DNA of 64,000 nt, taken from contig OZ038378.1 in NCBI GenBank assembly GCA_964036045.1, forward strand, positions 54,684,001 through 54,748,000, given 5' to 3'. The position numbers were made by a program, and so were the translations under genes. Origin of the DNA: Eutreptiella sp. 'Long Island Sound 2002' (lineage: Eukaryota > Protista > Euglenida). This document shows positions 11,481-23,224 of this stretch, one piece after another (within the stretch, counting starts at the first letter, position 1; every line of letters starts with the position of its first letter). The notes below the pieces were generated by a model that worked only from the letters and a program-made list of their open reading frames with translations, had not been told where the DNA came from and searched no databases.

Positions 11481-13094
11481 GGGTGACTCCGGCGGATAGC
11501 AGGGGCGGGGGAACGGGGTATGATGTGGATACCCTCGTTGCGCTATTTTGAAAAGCTCACAGGGGGGGTGCATTGTGTATAAGGGGCGGGATATGCATAT
11601 TATGAGTGCACTCAACCTGCGCATCAACGGGAAGCATGTCCAACGGTCATCTAACCTCCTTGCCCGAAGTGCCAGCATGCCGGCTACTAGGGGGGGTCCG
11701 GAGCCCCTTATGGGGCTGTCTCAGTTGCGGAAGGGCTGCTCCTCTTTGGCAATTTTGCACTTGCCAGGGCAACCACCGCAGAGTGCGCGCTTTTTAATGA
11801 CCTTCTCATCTGCCCTCATTGGGGGGAGCCGTGTCGCTAACCAGTCGCATCAAGAGCTGACCAAAGGGGCGGTATATGTGATAGGGATGCCGTGCCTGTG
11901 AATTGGTGAACGTTTACCTTGAGGGGGTTTTTGCATCGTGCACACGGGATTCTGAGATAGTTGTGGCAAGCATCTAATCCCCAAAAAGCAGGCATCACCG
12001 GTGCTGCCTAAGAGGCTATTGCCTACGAAGGGGTAACATTGCTGCCCGGAATGGTCCGTAGGCGGGATGGGGATGTTGTTTGCCACGTCCTAAGGTATGG
12101 GAGGACAATACTGGTAGGGAGGATGCGGATTTATATTTCCTTCCACTTGCACTCAGAAACATCTATCACACCATCTTGTGGGTTTTGTGGGGATTCTGGT
12201 TGTGTGCTCCGAATGCGCTGCGTAAAGGGGCTGGAGCGCTGGGCGCAGCCCATTCCTAAGACAAATGGTGTTTTTTTGTAAATTCAGCGTGCGGGTAGCA
12301 CGTGAGAATGCCCAGTCTAGGGAAGCGGATGGCAGTGGCAGTGCAACATGTCCCGCCACTGTGAGTAGCACCACACAAACCTCCAAGTGACTGACGAGCC
12401 CGCTGCGGAATGCGACTAGGTCACGGAGGAGATGATTGTGCTCGGGGAGAGGGAGGGCGTGTTTTGGCAGTACAAGAGGGAAGCCCGGTGAGCACGAAAG
12501 GGGAACACAAGAGCAAGAAAATGCGTGGTGCAATGTGCAGCAAAGTGAGAGCCAGGACGGTGCAGCGGTGGGTAGTTCCCGCGTCGCCTAGGCGCCGGGT
12601 TCAGGAGGAGGACATTTTTGAGACCACATTGGCGCTTCAGAGGGATTCAACGGGAGGAGGTCTCTTAGGTGGGCAGAGGCACAAAGGCCAAACTTTGTGC
12701 TTGCTGACTCCTCGTCCCACTCGGGATGCTCATCTTGCGAGGCCTCGTCCTCTGCACCCGTTGAAGCAAGTAGCAGGGGTACCGAGGAGACGGTATCCTT
12801 GGGCCATGCTTCCTCTAAAGCGGCGGAAGGTGGCAGCCGGAGGACAGAGCATAATGTGTCCCAGGGCTGTGCCCAAAGGACACCCCTATTGTAGTCGTGG
12901 GTGGGCAGGACGGAAGTACACAGCCGGACCCCTGCTACCCCGAACAAAGAAGTACGTAGCATCATGCTGCATTTATCTGCGGTACTTCGGGGTATTTTCT
13001 TGTTCCCTTGATGCCAACGTTTCAATCGGTGTTGTGGGCTCCCAGGTTGTCCTTGGTACGCTGCTACGAACCCCTTAGAACAATCGCAAATGGC

Positions 13095-13520
13095 CCTAGT
13101 ACCGCCCGGAAAGCCCCAACTTGCCCTCAATGCTCCCCCCTGCTCGTAGCAGCCCTACCATAGGACCTTTTGCCTTTGTGAAGGCGCCCCTTGGGGTTCA
13201 CAAAGAGACTTGGACAATGCAGAACTCGGCCCGCATGCCAGAGAATGGGCACAAAAGCTGGATAAATAACCCCACAAACCCACAAAATGACCCTGAATCG
13301 GGCTAGTACGGCCCACAATCCACCAACTTGCGCTCAATACCTCTTCATGCTCGTGGCAGCGCTCACCACCTGACCTTTTGCCTTTGTGGTGGCGCCCCCT
13401 GGAGCTCACAAAGAGCCCAAGAGGACTGACAACCCGCCCCGAAGCGCAGTTCATGAATTTAAAAGTTGGAGTCCGAACAACAAGATAAATACCCCCCGAG
13501 AAAGCCGCAAAAAAAACCCC
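13095..13520. repeat. Diverged tandem duplication, period about 207 bp
   Basis: TAGTAC..CCAACTTGC.CTCAAT at 13097 and 13304; GACCTTTTGCCTTTGTG and GATAAATA.CCCC recur at the same spacing. Confidence 0.8.
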
Positions 13521-13689
13521 AATCGGTGTAATAGGGTCGAGAACCCATAAATCGGCCAAGATACCCCTCCGACCCCGTAGTAGCCCTGGCCCTGAGTGCT
13601 TTTGCACTTGCGTTGGTACCCCCTTGGGGATCACAAATACGTGATACATGATATTTTTTTGGGCTGCATATCCACAGCTTTGTGCGTGT

Positions 13690-14345
13690 ACCCAATGTAG
13701 CCACTTTTAATTTTGTTCCCTTGTTTGGTTACCCTCGAGAAAGCACCATTTACCTAGCGATTCTGCCAACGTGTGGGCCCACGAGGAGGCAAGGGTGACT
13801 TAGCCAATTCTGATTTTTTTCCCGTGTACGGAGGCGCCCGAGAATGCACGGGTTATGTAGCAATTTCGCCCACTTGTGGGCTCCCGAGAAGGCACGGATG
13901 AGGTAGCCAATTCTGATTTTGTTCCCTTCTTTGGGCACCCCCGAGAATTCACGGTTTACGTAGCCAATCAACCCATTGGTGGGCCCAAGATAAGGCAAGG
14001 GTGAGGTAGCCAATTTCGATTTTGTTCCCTTGTATGGGGACGCCCAATAATGCAGGGGTTACGTTGCAATTTTGCCACCTTGTGGGCCCCCGAGAAGGTA
14101 GGGTAGCCAATTTGAATTTTCTTCCCTTCTTTGGGGACCACTGAGAATTCAAGGGTTACATAGCCAATCCCCCCATTTGTGGGCCTCCGGGAAGATAGGG
14201 GTGAGGTACCCGGTGGGGATTTTCTCCTCTTGTTTTGGGGCCCCAAAAAATGCATGGGTTACTTAGCCCTTCCGCCCACTTATGGCCCCCCCGAGAGGGT
14301 AGGGGTGAGGTTGCCAATTCTGATTTTGTTCCCTTGTATGGGGAC
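13690..14345 (-). repeat. Satellite A array, inverted relative to 240-1180
   Basis: TAGCCAATTCTGATTTT anchors at about 13801, 13904, 14007, 14105 (period about 103 bp); reverse complement of the satellite A consensus. Confidence 0.9.
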
Positions 14346-15589
14346 ACCCGAGACTGCAGCAATGTAGATGCAAGCCAGACGGCCCCGAGGAGCTCCGCAT
14401 GCTTGTCTACGCGGATGACCATAGTTAGAAGGGAAGTATCTGGGCCGACACTGCCGGAAAAGAATGATGGCACAACTTCACCGTACGGAACCCATTCTGT
14501 ATGCTAGGCACCCAAGCAGCGGATGCCAAACACCTTGTTGTTTGGGCCATGCACGATACGCACGACCTTGCCACAAGGGCACTGCCACCACTTACTCGCG
14601 ATGTGGCAGCTGCGCCATGCGGCTGAGAGGTTGATGAAAACCAGGTAGGGTGGAGATGCGCGCAAGTCAGTCATTTGTGAAACCATGGAACATTTGCAAT
14701 TTCCGAAACGACAACGGGGAAGAGGGATTTAACAAGAATAATGACACTGTCATGGAGCTCCCGCAAAGCATGTGTGCGACCACATAGCCCACTCACACTG
14801 CCGAAACACACGAACGTTCAGTACAAACAAGAAAAACCCTTTGGCCAAGCCTTAACCGCGATCTCACCTCCAAATGCGTTTCGCTTGCACCCCCCCCCCC
14901 CCGATACGTCCACAAGGTTCCAACCACAAGCCGAATAGGCGAACAACCTGTGAACCTTCCCTCGTAGGCTCTGCACCTTCCCCCTCGCCTCTTGTACCTT
15001 CGCCTAAATTGCAGCGTGATCACGCTTCCCCCCTCGCTCCCCTTCCCCCTGATCCAAGGCATGGGCAAGGGGAGGGGTCCCCCATAGCAAGATTGGCCTT
15101 TAATTTGTTGTTGTTGTGTGCGACCGGCAACGGGCCGGCCAACGGTGCCCGTTGGACTGCGGCGACCGGTGCATGCCGAGCATGTTGATCTGGGGGCTGG
15201 AGGTGGAGGTGTCGAAGCCCACACAGAGCTGGTGGGGGGCCGTGACACCCTGGCTGCAGGGCTAGGTCGAGGAGGGGGCAGTCCTTTGACATCTTGAACA
15301 TTCAAGAAAGAGGGTGGTGTTGGTGTTGTTGAAAAAAGTGGTTCCGGCTCATTTTCATCATTTGTTGAGGCGCCGTTATGGCGGCGTTCAAGCGGCCCAT
15401 GGAATCCCGCCACAGCGTCGTTAGAACAACTTCTCCAAACCTCGCTACAACAACACCATTGAAAGGGTAGTTCTCGCGCGCAGAAAGTGCATACGGCGCA
15501 CAATGGACCGGTGGCGGGGGGGGGGGGACGAGAATTGATAACCCAGCAGCAGGGCAAAAGAAAACCATGCGGGCTTGGCCATCCATTTA

Positions 15590-18108
15590 GTGCACGAACA
15601 AAGACCGGCATGGGCAAATATTAGGGGCTTGGCCAGTCAGGGCAAAAGCAAAGACCGCATACGGCAGGCCTTAGGGGCTAGGGTATCCCGTAAGGGCACA
15701 ACCACGCATTGCGCAGCGCAAAGTTTAGGTGCTTGGTTATCCCTTGATGGCGTGGACAACCATCCCACGCCATGAGCCACCACGTAGCCCCTTTATGTGC
15801 TTGGGGCAAAGGCCAATTGAAGCCATTAGAGATCGGCCCAAAACAGTGTTGTTCCGGGCTAGTAACCATCTCTTGGGGGCATTGAGTTGGCGCCAATGGC
15901 TCAATGTACCTTCTTCCATTGTCACCAAACAGCCACCCAAGCTTGGCCCGGCTATCCCAAAATCGTTGTCATGACTTCTGGGAAAGACTGCATCAGCCAA
16001 CACATGCCGCTCATTTTTGATGGAAACCGTGATTTGAAGTTTTGGGCACGGGTCATGACCGGCCGAAGGCAACACTACAAGTTGCAAAACAAATTAACCT
16101 CTAGTATCCTAGCATGGATATGTTGTCTTCTGAGCTTGAAGTACATCCCTCTAGAGCTGCACCACGGGGTCGCAAATGCTGCAAAAACTAAGGACAAAAT
16201 AAAAATGGCCAAAAAGTACCAATCTCTTGTACCCCTCCCTGTTTGACCATGGAGTTTCAAAGTAATATCAAGCACGCATAATAATATTTTGCCACGTGAA
16301 AATGTTGTCCACCATGAATTCTTGTAGCTCCCAAGACACAATGCATTGCACGGTTGCACAGTGACTCAGATTTTCAGCATCATGGACTACAATCATGTGT
16401 TTGCGCAGAATGCAGCCATGAGCATTTGCCTTGCGGCAACCTTAGGTTTTGGCTGGGCAGCCAAAGGTGGACCATTTGCACCTTGAACTTCAGCCTGAGG
16501 CAGCACAAACTAAAAAAGGACACGCAACTTGGCCTCCTTGTGATTAATATAACCTAGGTCGTGGAAAATGTTGGGCACACTCAGGCATGGTGTAGCCTCA
16601 ACAACCCGTCTGTGGCACAAATTGACACACAACGTGCGTGCTGCAGCCACATATAAATATCTTTATTCTCCATATGGGACATGTACAACCCGTGGTGTGC
16701 AGCTCGGTACAACACAACCAAGGATGCATCAATGCTGTGCAGACACATGGTCAAGCCCGCTAGTATCACAACATATACGAAGCTTGCAAGCCTCAAGGTT
16801 GACAGCTCTAAGGGAGATAAATGTGTAGGAACTGAATCGAGAATGACAATGTGATTGGCATTCCTTTGTTGCAACTACAGCTGCAAAAGGGTAGAATATG
16901 GTCCCTCCTATAGGGTGTTTATGACACCCATGGGCTTCGTTGTACACAACAAATCGTAGGGGATGTGGATGACGTTTGGTCTTTTTGCTTTGAACAACAC
17001 CGTGACTTTTAGTGCCATCGCCTGTAATTGATTTGCGGCTTGCTGCACTCCTAACATGGCAATCCGAGTACCCATTCATTTGAAATGCCATCGTCGCAAA
17101 ACATCACATTTTTTGTCCCAATGTGTTCCAAGTTGTGCACCCAACCAATAACTCCAACGAAAGACGCAAGAATTTCATCTAGATTCGGCCACAAACGAAT
17201 GTAAGAGGGCCGTAGCTATACAAAAAGCATAGGATAGCAGCAACCTTGCATCCCTCTCGGCCGTGGACAATTGTGTGTGTGTCGTTGGGCCTTTCTAACG
17301 GCACTGTGGTAGCGCCCAGGACATTTTCAAGCGAACACCGTGACAAACACTTGCCCATGAGACTGCGCTAACCGCTACGCCTCATCATTCATAATGCGGG
17401 CTGAAACAGGCTGATTTTGCGCCCCGCTAGCACAAAACCACGCGTACACCCCTATGTCATATTGATGGCCTTGAACCTTGCGACCACAAGCCTTCATACA
17501 GCCTTCAAACTTGTCAACTAGTTCCGCCAGAGCTATGTAGTTGCTTCTTACTTGCAAGCATGAACTCTTGTTGGTCACATCTCCAATAGTTCGACCGATG
17601 GTTTGAAAATCATCACCGTTTGGAAGTAGCTACACTGCGTGACACATAATGCGAACACGGGGAACGTACCGCACCGCTTTCCCCAAAGAGGCCTTCCCCA
17701 CTATCCGACGATGCACTTGTTTCTTCATTTGAACATAGTGTTTTATTTTTTTTGACACCACCATCAGGGACTACAAAAGACTCATCAAATTCGGCACCAT
17801 CACGAACCGCCACACAATCATCAACCTTAGCATCATTGAGAAGTGTCATGGCGTCACAAACTTCAGGCTCAATCACAAACTACCACAGAGTGATGAAGTT
17901 AAACACCATTAGGAACTGCCACAGATTCATAAACTGCAGAACCATCAGTCATAGAGTCACCCTTGTCAACTTCATCGGTCGTTGAGTGATCCGAAACACC
18001 AGAGTCCTCATCGTCTGTGCTGGCTCCAAAAAAAAGCCGATTAACAAGTTCATCATGTTACCGGGCCTCACATACGTCGGCAACAAAGGAGTGTGTGTCA
18101 TTCCTGGC
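15590..18108 (-). pseudogene. Degenerate piggyBac-like transposase (copy 1)
   Basis: Acidic N-terminus (STDDEDSGVSDHSTTDEVD); NLDEILASFVG...GTKNVMFCDDG (about 17180-17085) resembles IDEQLxxFxG...GIKxxMMCD; frameshifted YKN..M.VDN (about 16326-16305) followed by RGTRDWYFLAIF; C-terminal Cys cluster RCAMRGC...CRVCGLCFC (about 15720-15630). Confidence 0.55.
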
Positions 18109-19759
18109 CATTAACAAGGGAACAAAGCTGCGGTCAAAAAATCATCAAGCACAAATTAGCATCAAGCGACAAAATAATATTAGGCGCTTGATATTAGAAG
18201 GGGATGGGGTTTAGGGACCCACAAAAATTTTTCGACTGCAAGGACAGTTTTTGAACCCGTGCCTAATCTTCCTCTCCGTTGACAAGTGCGTTTGAGTTGG
18301 GTGTACATGTCTGTATGTGGGGAGCGAGGGGGCTCGTATCAAGGGACGTTCCAACCAAAATGCAATGTCATCATATGTTTATTGGAGACAAGAGGTATGT
18401 CACAAAGGGTTAGTTCAACCAGCAGTGCAACAACTTGGGGTAGCGTACATGAATGTGTCCAAGAAGAGGGGGGGGGGGGGGGATGTGGCGCCATACATGT
18501 AGGCCTAAGTCGATCTGATATACCAACCTCGACACGGTGATTTCAAAATGCTGCCATATAGCACGAAACCTTCCCCGGCGCTAAAAGCCCCACCCCACAA
18601 GCCAAAGTCTGCAGACTGGGAATTCCGAAAACATTTCCAGTTCAAAAGTGAAAAGTGGAAAATGGGAAAAAATGTAAAAGCAGTCACAGCCTTGGGGTCA
18701 AAAAATGGGGGTCATTAAATCTTTCAACTTAGGACACCATAGATGGTCATGGAGACGGGTGGGGGTAATTGGTTCACTAGACAAAGGAGTACCCAGCAAC
18801 AAAGGGGGGGAAGGAGGAGGGCTAAGGGATCAAACTGAGACAATTGATTGTCGCCATAACACTATCTCTCAATGCCTGATTTTACAACAACCTACAGATC
18901 TGATTGCATGGTCTCGGATATGCTGTGCAAACGGCCCCTAGAACTGGGGTTGCATGACCATCCCATCTCTACTTGATGTGATAATTTTTTGGAGGTGACT
19001 TCATCGCCTCTTCCTTAGCATTGCATTTCTCCTTGGGCTTTTGCCCAAGGTGCTTCACCATTGCAACCTTAAAAAAAAGGAAATACAGCAAGATAGGGAG
19101 ATGGAACAGTAACACATGCACGTCAATCGTTCATAAATAAAAAAACAAGTAGTAGGCATCTTAAGAGGAAGGCCTCGGAAAACTATTGTGGACACCACAG
19201 TGGACCAACAAGGTCGAGCTGGGTGAAGAAAGGGTGGCGAAGATTTATCTAAAATATTTGCAAGAATGTAAGCGACGACAACAAAGCATAATGTGTTGCT
19301 GCTTAACACCAAGATATGCACAAGGCGACATGCAAGCTATTACCAGTGCGCCGCGGATTGTTGTGTTTCATGCAAAATAGCGACATAAGAAATGCATCAT
19401 CCAACAAAACACCTGCTTTGCAACAATAGCAATGCAAATGGATTCAGCCTTGGGAAAAACCTTTTCATCACCAAATGGGCTTAAGATCGCGCAAAGTAAA
19501 TTGGAGGCCAAATCCACTATAACGGACTTCCAAACTTACCTTTAATCAACCCTTCCACAAAACGCAATTAGTAGTGCTCTTCCCAAGTGAAAAATGTGAC
19601 CCGTCTACAAGAAAATCGTCAAGTCGTTTAAACTGTGTTTGCGGTAAATGCATACTTCTTTCTTTATTGCGGTAAGACGTGTAAATTATGAAAGAATTTG
19701 ATTTTCTAGGCGGTAAACCCATGAATTTTGTTGTTTGCGGTAAGTGATGTGCCAACATC

Positions 19760-20260
19760 CAGTGTGCTGGCACTCGGAACAAAATGAGGCTCAAGAAAAG
19801 ACTGATCGTAGGGCCATGGCCAATGTTAGTGCCACCATTATTGGCCACCAAGGCACTGGGATGGGGCCAATATAACAGCATGCAATAAAACATTGTTTCA
19901 CATAATGTTACTACAAACACAATCAAGCCCAACCAAAGAGTCGTGGCAGGGCAATGGCCAACATGAAGTGTGCTGGCATTGCGAACAAAATCAGGCTCAA
20001 GAAAAGAATCATGACAAGTCCAGGTACAACGTTAGTGCCACCATTATTGGCCACCAAGCCACTGGGATGGGGCCAATACAAAATCATGCGATATAACATT
20101 GTTTCAGATTGCCTCATGGGTACTACACACAAAATTAGGCCAAACAAAAGAGTCCTCGCGAGGCCATGGCCAAAATCTAGTGTGCCTGCACTCGAAACAA
20201 AATCGAGCTCAAAGAAAGAGTCCAAAAAGGACCATGGCCAACGCTCGTACCACCATTACA
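19760..20260. repeat. Tandem repeat, about 2.5 copies, period about 200-212 bp
   Basis: GTGTGC(T/C)GCA..CG.AACAAAAT..GCTCAA at about 19769, 19968 and 20180. Confidence 0.85.
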
Positions 20261-20859
20261 CGCCAATGTGGCGGCATCCTTGTGTGCCCCGGAATTGGTA
20301 CACCAAACGGGCGGAGGTATCTATACCACACAAAAAATGTACCCGCTACAAGTAGTTGCCGAATGCACGCTTGTAGATCACGACAACTTTTGTGTCACTC
20401 GACTTGGGCTTCACACCAAGATTGGTGCTCAGCTGACAAGCAGGAGGCAACTCCACGACTAGTTGCTTGGCCAAGTCATTAATGAAAAGGTGGTCAGGCT
20501 CTAGTTGGCCAAATACATCTGTCGGATAGCCGTTGGGCACCTTGCACCACTCTCCACGGATGAGGATCTTGGGAGGGTCCTCCCATGTGGGAGTCCATGG
20601 AAGGTTGGGCTTTAGCCTCCGGGCCTTCCACTCTTTGCTCGGCAGGGGCCTCCTTGCCTTTGGGTGGGGTGGGGCTAGCTTGAACAGTCTCCTCCATGCC
20701 CGAAAGTGCACTATCGAATGGGGTGCTGGGGGGCGGGGGGGGGGAGGCTCGGGAGGGCAATAAAGCTCACTCCCACCCTCCAAATCTTCACCAAGCGATT
20801 CCACGACCCGCACAGCAGGATCGGCAGTAAGAACGCTCAAAACATAGCCCACAACATTG

Positions 20860-21560
20860 CCACTTCTGATTTTGTCCTGTGCTCTTAAGCGTATGGTACC
20901 GCCTAGGCGGTACGATTTATGTAGCCACCCGGTCCATTTGTGGGCCACTTATTATCCAGTCCCCTGCTCTGAAGCGTTGAGGACCCCCCAAGCGGACGGA
21001 GTTATGTAGCCAGCCGGCCCAGATGTTGGCCAATTTTGATTTTGTCCCCCACTGTGAAGTGTTGGGGACCCCCTAAGCGGCAAGTATCATGTAGCCACCA
21101 AGGCCATTTGTCGGCGACTTGTGATTTTGTCCCTCGCGCTGAAGCGTTGGAGACCCCCTAGGCCGCAAGGGTCATGTAGCCACCCAGCCCTTTTTTGGGC
21201 AACTTCTGATGGTGTCCCCCGAAGTGAAGCTTTTGGGACCCCCCATGAGGCACGGGTTCCGTACCCACCCAGCTCACTTGTGGGCCACTTCTGATTCCCG
21301 TCCTCTACTCTGGAACGTTGTGCACCCCTAGGCGGCACGGGTTATACAGGCTACTTTTGAATATGTCCCCCACTATGAAATGTTCCGCACCTCTAGGCGG
21401 CAGGGGTTATGTAGCCATCCCGGCCGATTTGTGGGCCACTTTGCATTATGCCCCCCTCTCTGAAGTGTTGGGAACCTCCTAGGCAGCACAGGTGACATAG
21501 CGGCCCGGCCCATTTGTGGGCCACTTCTGATTCAGTCCCCCACTCTGAAGAAATCGGGTA
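20860..21560 (-). repeat. Satellite B array, minus orientation
   Basis: About 8 monomers of CCACTTCTGATTTTGTCCCC..CTCTGAAGCGTTGGGGACCCCCTAGGCGGCAGGGGTTATGTAGCCACCCGGCCCA. Confidence 0.92.
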
Positions 21561-22699
21561 TCGTGATTTAACCCCCCCCCCCCCCCAAAGCCAAGAGTAA
21601 AAAGGCGGGGGGGGGGGTTTAAGGGGGTTTTTCGCTGCGCGGGGGTATTGTCTGCAACCCAAAATGGCCCGGGTGGCCTAAGATATTAGCATATATGCAC
21701 ACGAAATGGAATATATTTCAATTCTCACACTGTGTCGGGCACCTCTAAACGGTTGGGTGTGCGGCCTAGGTGTGATCGGAAAATTCGCACCGCCCCTACC
21801 AATTTATTGGGTACGGTTTCATCGGCTTGGGTACTTCCGGCAATGGGTGCGATAAACCTGGGGATTGTAGGTCACCGAGGCGGTCATGGAGTTCGAAATA
21901 CACCATGGGGTTAGAAATGCACAAAGGGTGAGTGGGTCACTGAGGTTGTCATGGGGTTCAAAATAAACAATGGGGTTAGAAATACACCATGGGGTGAGAA
22001 ATGCAATCTGGAGGGGGGGGGGGGTAAAAGAAGGGGTGTGCGTGTGATACTATACTGGCAGGCCGACGCAATTTCGGGAGGCCCTTAAGGCGATGGGGGG
22101 CCGAGCCTCCCTCCGTGCGCCATTGTGTGGGCCTTCTAGCCCCAACGCGCATGCTGCTGCAAGGGAAGGAGAGGGAGAGGACATCCTACTTGTTGCGCCC
22201 AGGCGTGCATCGTTTTTTGGCACTAGGCATGGCAGTGGTAGTGGGCCGCTTTGGGCCCTTGGCCTTCACCGCCTTCTTTTTGGGGAGAACTTCCAACCCT
22301 GAAGAAGAGGAGGAAGAGGACACTGGCGAGGAACGGAAAGAGGTATTAGCATCTTTAGGGGATGCTCAGCTCTGGCTACCGCAAGACGAATCAAAATCGG
22401 TTGCGGACCTTGATTCCACGGAGCTTGCATCCTCCTCTGGGTTCCATTCCGAAGCCGAGCAGCCAAGCGAGGATTCATAGTAAGACTTAGCCTAGCTATC
22501 GATCGCCTGTGCGACCTTCAAAGTGATCTTCGGTTTCATCAACGCAGGGATTTTTTTTGGCACACTTTGGTACTTGTGCCGTTTTCACAAAGGGAGATAA
22601 CATGCCGCCTGGAATGATCCAACGACCATCGCCATGCATTTGGGCATCCAAAAACACCACATGGCTACCAATCTGCCTGAAGGTCAAGCACCAAATGCT

Positions 22700-23040
22700 T
22701 TACGTCCGTGGATGAAATCAAGTGGCTACCTCAGCCCTGCCTTCTCGGGGGCCCAAAGAAGGGCGGAAATGGTACGTCACACTAGCATTCTCGGGGATCC
22801 CCAAATAAAGGGGGGGGGGATCAAAAGTGCCTACCTCACGCGTGCCTTCTTGGGGGCCCAAAAGAGGGCGGAACTGCTATGTCACCCCTTCATTCTCAGG
22901 GATCCCAAGACAAAGGGGGGCAAAATCAGAAGTGGCTACCTCACCCGTGCCTTCTCGGGGCCCCAAAAGAGGGCGGAACTGCAACGTCACCCCTGCATTC
23001 TTGGAAGTCCCCAAACAAGGGGACAAAATCAGAAGTGCCT
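22700..23040 (+). repeat. Satellite A array (about 3 monomers, about 104 bp)
   Basis: CAAAATCAGAAGTG at 22921 and about 23025; remainder matches the satellite A consensus. Confidence 0.88.
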
Positions 23041-23224
23041 GCATCGGGGCCAAGGACAAAACTATGGGTATGCAGCCCAAAAGAATATCACCAAAAATTT
23101 CGCACAAATGGCGTGCATGCATCGAAAAACACCCTTACAAAACCCCCATGGACCCTTTAAAACAGGGGGGGCGTTCCGAAACCCCTCGTGGCATCATATT
23201 TCTGAGAACCTCCCCCCCCCTGAC

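Noticed and set aside
21568-21622. Tiny TTAA-flanked CCC...GGG element (piggyBac-like MITE)
   Set aside because: The symmetry is mostly homopolymer and has an extra T; chance cannot be excluded.
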